64,000 nt of DNA, taken from the NCBI GenBank assembly GCA_964016885.1, contig OZ024757.1:32736001-32800000 (forward strand). Direction: 5' to 3'. The stretch is from Eledone cirrhosa. Its lineage: Eukaryota. The notes below the pieces were generated by a model, which had not been told where the DNA came from, ran no database searches, and saw only the letters and a program-made list of their open reading frames with translations. Numbering within the stretch: position 1 is the first letter of the stretch; each line of letters opens with the position of its first letter. The translations under genes were made by a program, and so were the position numbers. Positions 56,977 through 64,000 of the stretch are shown piece by piece.

Positions 56977-58664
56977 GTGATGAAACATAAGTCAATTGCA
57001 TGAACTCATAATCCTTTATTTACTGCTATATATATTTTGATGATAACCATTGAATGGCTATGACCTCATCAGGCAGTTAGTCAGTTCTTAGATATGCCAG
57101 CTCTATGTTTATAGTGTTGATGGTATCAGAGCCTTGGGACATATATATATATGAAGGATGACAGCTGTATAAAAAAGTGCAGAGCAATGAAAATTGATGG
57201 AAGCTGTAGAGTGGGTAGACCAAGAAAAATCTGGGACAAGGTGATAAAAACTGATCTTGCCCACCTACACCTCTCTAAGACAATGACACTGGATCGAGAC
57301 CTTTGGCGCCATGCAGTTGTACAGAAGACCCGACTGCCATGTGTGTGTGTCTGTGTAAGTGTGTGTGTGAGAGAGAGAGAATATATTATTTATTTAAATG
57401 TCTGTATAGAGTTAATAAGCCATGGCAGACTGGAAGAGGTATCTGATATCTCTTACGATTAAGAAACAAAACAAGAGAGTAAGAGGAAAAGAAAAAAAGA
57501 GATAAGGACAATGGTAGTTAAAGGAAGTGTAAATAAGAAAAAAAAAAAGTTAAAAACAAGGACACCTATATAGCAGCTAAAAATTTCTGTTGTTGAATTT
57601 TTTCATCACCTCAATGTACTGATAGATCTTGGACAATATATTACACCTCCAAATTTAATAGACTTTTTAAAACACCAGCTACAAGGTGTCACTCTCTCTC
57701 GGACTGATATTTTTTCTACATTGGGATAAATAGTGTCATCTCCACAAGAACTTAAAGTTAGTTTAACCCTTTAGCATTTAAACTGGCCATATCCTGCCAG
57801 AATTCACTCACCTCTTCCTGTTCAAACCAGCCATAACCAGCTGCTCATACCAATGTTAAGGTATTGTTCTCAAAATAAATAACATCAAAATTTCATAGAT
57901 TCGATATTATGTGAGGTAAAGCTTTTACCATGAAAATATACTTGTTAATGTTGAGTAATGTAAATGCTAAAGGGTTACTCTTTTACCTGTTCCAGCCATC
58001 CGGCTGAGGCCATGCTTAGTAGATTTTTTTAAAACCAGCTACAAGGTGTCCCCCTCTCTCAGATTGGTAGTTTCTACATTGGAATACTTTCCACATAACT
58101 AAGTTATTTTAAATTTAAAATTGGTCATTTGCTCAACAATGCTAATAATTCTACTGTTCATCTATATCATCATCATCATTATTGATTTACGTCTAATTTT
58201 CCATGTTTTCATGGGTTGGATGGCTTCTCTCCAGCACAACAACTATCTAATTACCTTGGTCCTTTGTTATTTCCTCTGTGAGATTCAGTGATTTGAGATC
58301 AGCTCTGACAAACTCTACCCAGGTCTTCCTTGGTTTCCCTCTACTATAGCTCCCTTCCACTGAGATTTCTTGGCATTTCTTTACCCAACACTCATTATCC
58401 ATTCACATTAAATGGCCATTGAGAGCCAAATAAAGAACAGGATGGAAAAAGTTCAGAGAGCTGCTACCTCTGTTGACAGTGAAAGGTTTCTCTCTAGGAA
58501 AGAAAGTCTGGCTGTATGATGCGCATGATGGATGTACAGTGTTAATATATATGAAAGGCAAAGCATAGATGAGCTGAGAGAGAGGTTGGATCTAAGGGGA
58601 ATTAGATGTAGTGTGCAAGAGAGAGCACTGTGCTGGTATGGCCATATATATATCTATATCTATA

Positions 58665-59203
58665 TCCAAAATTAAGATAAATTAAATTAATTTAATCTAA
58701 ATCAAAATTATGGGTGTCATGCCAGAAAGACATGCGCCATATCACCCGGAAAATAAGCTCTAAGATTCTAACGAGTAGGTCCGAGCATTTTATAATAACT
58801 AGAAATTGATTAACATATATATAAACATGAATAATCACGTGAGATAATTTTTACAAGTGTGTAACCACACATAGCTAGGTAGGTAACTAAATAAAGTTGA
58901 CCAGAACTTCAAAAATAGATACCTTATAATATGATTAATCTTCCCTGTATATATTCCATTAAAGAAATATATTTCACCAATTAATCGGATGGTAAGCCAC
59001 GGAAGTGGAGATTTGGATTTTGGTGAAATATATTTCTTTAATGGAATATACAGGGAAGATTAATCATATTATAAGGTATCTATTTTTGAAGTTCTGGTCA
59101 ACTTTATTTAGTTACCTACCTAGCTATGTGTGGTTACACACTTGTAAAAATTATCTCCTGCGATTATTCATGTTTATATATATGTTAATCAATTCCTAGT
59201 TAT

Positions 59204-59206
<3 letters not shown>
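58665..59206. mobile_element. Element with ~190-bp near-perfect inverted repeat; internally deleted relative at 39721-39880
   Basis: 58791-58980 is the reverse complement of ~59020-59206 with a ~39-nt spacer. The left unique part and the right end both match 39721-39880. Confidence 0.75.
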
Positions 59207-59240
<34 letters not shown>

Positions 59241-59329
59241 ACACATACTCCCCCTGCCATATATATATATATATATGTATATATAAGGCCATACCAGCGT
59301 AGTCCTCTCTCTTGCACACTACGTCTGCC

Positions 59330-59360
<31 letters not shown>

Positions 59361-60229
59361 ATATATATTATACATATATCCTTGCTAGGTGGGCAACAGA
59401 CTAAAAATGTTGGTGTAATGATTATATATATAAATATATAATCATAAATATATAATCAAGGGCGGTGGATTGGCAGTATCGGTAGAGGGTCGGACACCAT
59501 GCTTTCCAGCATAGTTATGTCCCTTTACGATCTGAGTTAAAATCCCGCCGAGATTGACTTTGCCTTTCATCCTTACGGGGTCGATAAAATAAAGTACCAG
59601 TAATGCACTGGGTAATTGCTGGCCTTGTGCCTAAAGTAGAAACAATTATATATATAAATATATCATCATCATTGTTTTTACATCAACTTTTCTATGCTGG
59701 CATGGGTTGGACAGGACCTTTTGAGAGAATGTATTTGTCCATATGTATATGTCCTGATGAAGCTTTAGCATTGTGTGCTAATATTGGTTTCTTATAGAGG
59801 CACAAGGCCAGCAATTTGCTGGGAGGGGAAGTTGATTAAATCGACCCCAGTACGTGACTGGTACTTTATTTTATCGACCCCGTAAGGATGAAAGGCAAAG
59901 TTAACCTCAGCGGGATTTGAACTCAGACCATAAAGGGCCATAGCTCTTTGCTGCAAAGCATGGCATCCGACCCTCTACCAATACTGCCAATCCACCGCCC
60001 TTATATATAATAATTGTTTCTACCTTAGGCACAAGGCCAGCAATTACCCAGTGCATTACTGGTACTTTATTTTATAATATAATAATACAAGGACGAATGG
60101 TTATGTCCTTCATTATGTTTATTGGTTGGTGATGCACGTTTCATTATTGATCAGCTCAAGGTTTGATCTGTATTGATCTGGCCAAACTCTGGAATCAAAA
60201 GCTCGTCGGACCTCTGTTGTAGTAATGAC

Positions 60230-60286
<57 letters not shown>

Positions 60287-60540
60287 CGTGTGTGTGTACA
60301 TGTGTGATTTAGCTATGAAGCTGGTTTTTCATTTTAATTTATCCTTTTAATTATAATTTATTTCCTACACCTCTCTTAGCTGATATTCCCTTCCCACTGG
60401 TGGTTTTAAGTCCTGTAAATGAAAACACACTCTCCTGTCTTTTTCCTCTCTATATTGTATTTTGAAGTGCCCTGGAAAACGTTTTTCTTTGAGCTCATTA
60501 AATTACAGGATTATACGAGAGTCTTCACTACGTCATTTTA

Positions 60541-60577
<37 letters not shown>

Positions 60578-60964
60578 GACGTTATATTTAAATTGTTGGG
60601 ATACAACAAGCAAATATTTTTATAACTGATATAAAGCACTCAACAAATTATTGGAGTAAAAATACGATATATTAAGAAATGGAAACTATATTTAAATATG
60701 GTTTTATAAATATAGTTTCCATTTGTTAATATATCGTGTGTATATATATATATATATAAACAAACAAACAAACATGGAGTGCTCACTTGGGTGAACCTAC
60801 AGTAACTTCGTTTTACACTCCCTGGATAAATATATATATATATATATTGGAAAATATGTGAGATCCTTCGTACAGTTAGAACTACAAGTGAAGTCATTCT
60901 TTTCCTTTTTTCCAAATATACCTAACTGTACGAAGGATCTCACATATTTTCCAATATATATATA

Positions 60965-61375
60965 TATATCATCATCATCATCATCATCATTTTACGTCCG
61001 CTTTTCCCTGCTTGCAAGGGTGGGACGGGTCTTATTCAGCACAGCATCTCTCCACTCGTCACGGTCCCTCGTCATCTCCACCGTGAGCTTCAATGATCTG
61101 AGGTCTGTTCTCACCACCTCCGCCCATGTTTTTTGTGGTCTACCTCTACCACGTCTTCCTTCAACTGGCATTTCCTGGCACTTCTTCACCCATCGGTCAT
61201 CCTCCATGCGCATCACATGTCCATACCACCTCAGTCTCCTCTCCCGTACACTACATTCTATCCCTCTCGGACACAGTTTCTCTCTCAACACATTTATGCT
61301 GGGTCGTTCACGCACATTTACACTGCACATCCAACGGAGCATGCTTGCCTCATTTCTCTCCAGCCGTCGCATATC
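60965..61375 (-). mobile_element. RTE LINE 3' end
   Basis: MRRLERNEASMLRWMC...RRLRWYGHVMR...GRRGRGRPQKTW; (GAT)n tail. Confidence 0.9.
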
Positions 61376-61799
61376 CTATTTATTTAACAAAGAGGGTATG
61401 GTAAGAGACCAGGTGGACCATAACACACCAGAGTACTCAATACTTAGGGTGGCTGAGCTCCGGCCATTTCAACAGCTAGATCCAAACGTTTGGATCTAGC
61501 TGTTGAAATGGCTGGAGCTCAGCCGTCGGAGCCCTGACTCTTTTCCTATATACATATATATATGTGAGAGAGAGAGAGAGTACACATGCCCTTGCATTTC
61601 TCCGTGTTATGTCTTCATTGTAGTATTGAATTTTATTTTATATATCACTGGACCGAGACCTTTGGCGGTACTCAGTAATAGAGAAGACCCGCCTTACCTA
61701 AATACATAGTAAAACCTACTACAGCCAGTAGGCATCTCTAACAAAATACCCCCCCACCCCCCGGTCCCACCACCCCCACCCCATCCACACCACCCCCTC

Positions 61800-62430
61800 C
61801 TATGTAAAGTTATGTTGGTGCCACACCATCCAGGCCGAAACAAATGAGATCGTGTAGGTGTCACGACAAAAAAAACACAGTCCACGCTGTAATGTGGCCG
61901 TGTAGGTAACACGGTAAAAACCTCCCAGACCCCACACTGTAAATGTGGTTGGTGTTAGGAAGGGCATCCAGCTGTAGAAAACCCGCCAGACAGTCCACGC
62001 TGTAATGTGGCCGTGTAGGTAACACGGTAAAAACCTCCCAGACCCCACACTGTAAATGTGGTTGGTGTTAGGAAGGGCATCCAGCTGTAGAAAACCTGCC
62101 AGACAGTCCACGCTGTAATGTGGCCGTGTAGGTAACACGGTAAAAACCTCCCAGACCCACACTGTAAATGTGGTTGGTGTTAGGAAGGGCATCCAACTGT
62201 AGAAAACCTGCCAGACAGTCCACGCTGTAATGTGGCCGTGTAGGTAACACGGTAAAAACCTCCCAGACCCACACTGTAAATGTGGTTGGTGTTAGGAAGG
62301 GCATCCAACTGTAGAAAACCTGCCAGACAGTCCTATGCGAGCAAGTCAACCAATCTTGCCTCAAGTGGGAAAAGCCCGTCCAAACCCATGCAAACGTGGA
62401 AGATGGACGTTAAACGATGATGATGATGAT
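61800..62430 (+). repeat. RTE-tail SINE-like element with an internal 112-113-bp unit repeated 4 times
   Basis: cagtccacgctgtaatgtggcc... recurs at ~61878, 61991, 62104, 62216. A single-unit version lies at ~46435-46720 (-). Confidence 0.9.
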
Positions 62431-62857
62431 ATATATATCATCATCATCATATATATACATATACATACATATATACATATATATAACATTGAAAAGAAGA
62501 CCAAAATATATATATGTATGTATGTATGTATATATTATGTATGTATAATATATACATACATACAGACAGAAAAAACATAGAAAAGCAACAAAGTATAAAC
62601 AAAACTAAGTTGGTGAAAGTAAACAAACAGTCTTGACCAGTACTGACCAATACTGCCATAGCTCCTGCTGCCAGAAAAAGCCACTGATATCAATTTTGGA
62701 CAGCTTTAGCTTCTCCTACTCCATCTTCTCCCTTTCCACCTCCCCCTACAGTCTTCTTCCAGTCAACCTTTCCTCCCCTCCCCTCCCCCCTGCCCATTGT
62801 GCTCTCTCCATGGCTTCCGCTATATAGTAATTCCGGTTGGAACATTAGATCAATGAG

Positions 62858-63388
62858 ATGGTGGTGGTGGTGGTGGTGGTGGTGTTGTTGGTGGTGGTTG
62901 TAGCGATGGTGGTGTTGGTTGTGTTATTGTTGTTGGTGGTTTTAATGGTGTTGATGGTGGTGGTTGTAGTGATGATGGTGATGGGGGAGTTGGTAGTGTT
63001 GTTGGTGGTGGTGGTGGTGGTGGTTGGTGGTGGTGGTAATGGTAGTGTTATTGTTGTTGGTGGTGGTGGTTGTAGTGATGATGGTGATGGGGGAGTTGGT
63101 AGTGTTGTTGTTGGTGGTGGTTGTTAGTGATGGTGGTAATGGTAGTGTTATTGTTGTTGGTGGTGGTGGTTGTAGTGATGGTGGTTTTGGTAATGTTGTT
63201 GGTGGTGGTGGTGGTGTTGTTGGTAATGGTGGTGGTTGTGGTGTTCATAGTGTTGTTGTGGTTGGTGGTTGTGTTGGTAGTGGTAGTAGTGGTGGTGTTA
63301 GTGGTTGCAGTGGTGGTAGTGGTGGTGTTAGTGGTTGCAGTGGTGGTGTTGGTGGTGGTAGTAGTGGTTGCAGTGGTGGTGTTGGTGC
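62858..63388. repeat. (GGT/GTT/GAT)n low-complexity tract
   Basis: Directly visible. Confidence 0.9.
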
Positions 63389-64000
63389 TTCGTGTGTACA
63401 AATATATATATATACACATGCATGTGTAAGTGTGTGTGTGTAGGCATATGTGTGTGTGTATATGTGTAGGCATGTATACATGTATGTGCATGTATACACA
63501 GAAGACCCGACCCCCCACCCCCCCCCCCACCGGAACAAGCCGAAGCTGAAGCATATAGACAATATGTGCCCCCACACCCGCCCACTGCAAAGTGGTCATG
63601 GAGGTGCCACGGCAAAAAAAGCACCCAGCCCACACTGTAAAGTGGACGTGTAGGCGCCACGGAAAAAAAGCACCCAGCACTCACTGTAAATGAGGTTGGT
63701 GTTAGGAAGGGCATCCAGCTGTAGAAATCAAGTCAGAATCAGTTCCTGTATGAGCAAGACAAGGTCAGCCGACAGGACACTGCCCACAACAGGACAACCC
63801 GTTTAACCCATGCTAGCGTGGAAGAACGGACGTAAAACGATGATGATAATGATGTATATGTGTGTGTATATATGTGTGTATGTGTCAACAACCCACTATT
63901 AGTTCCCAGGAACACCTAGATTTGAAGGTTATGTTTTATGTGAGTTACACAATAAGTGTGGCTAATAGTTTGTTTGACTGTTTCATTAATTCAAGTCAAT

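Overview
AT-rich, microsatellite- and repeat-dense eukaryotic genomic DNA. The repeat families and the C2H2 gene suggest an octopus/cephalopod, but that assignment is inferred, not proven. Two host loci are supported. (1) A spliced, intact-looking HINT2-like gene on + (5 coding exons, 9161-21689, 170 aa, N-terminal mitochondrial-type presequence, HLHIH histidine triad), which the ORF track misses. (2) A multi-finger C2H2 zinc-finger gene on - (47087-48855) broken by frameshifts and stops. The most conspicuous insert is a GC-rich, decayed R2-clade retrotransposon at about 32405-36340 (CCHH-CCHC-CCHH + Myb + RT + CCHC + restriction-like endonuclease) with no rDNA around it, followed by a highly structured ~300-nt module. 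The rest is LINE debris (RTE, CR1/L2-like, Tx1/L1-like), two tRNA-derived SINE families, mariner/Tc1/pogo/piggyBac/hAT MITEs and minisatellites. There are also many small TA-microsatellite-associated elements carrying hammerhead-ribozyme-like cores and long palindromes, probably Penelope-like termini. All calls were read by eye; no searches or folding programs were run and repeat boundaries are approximate.
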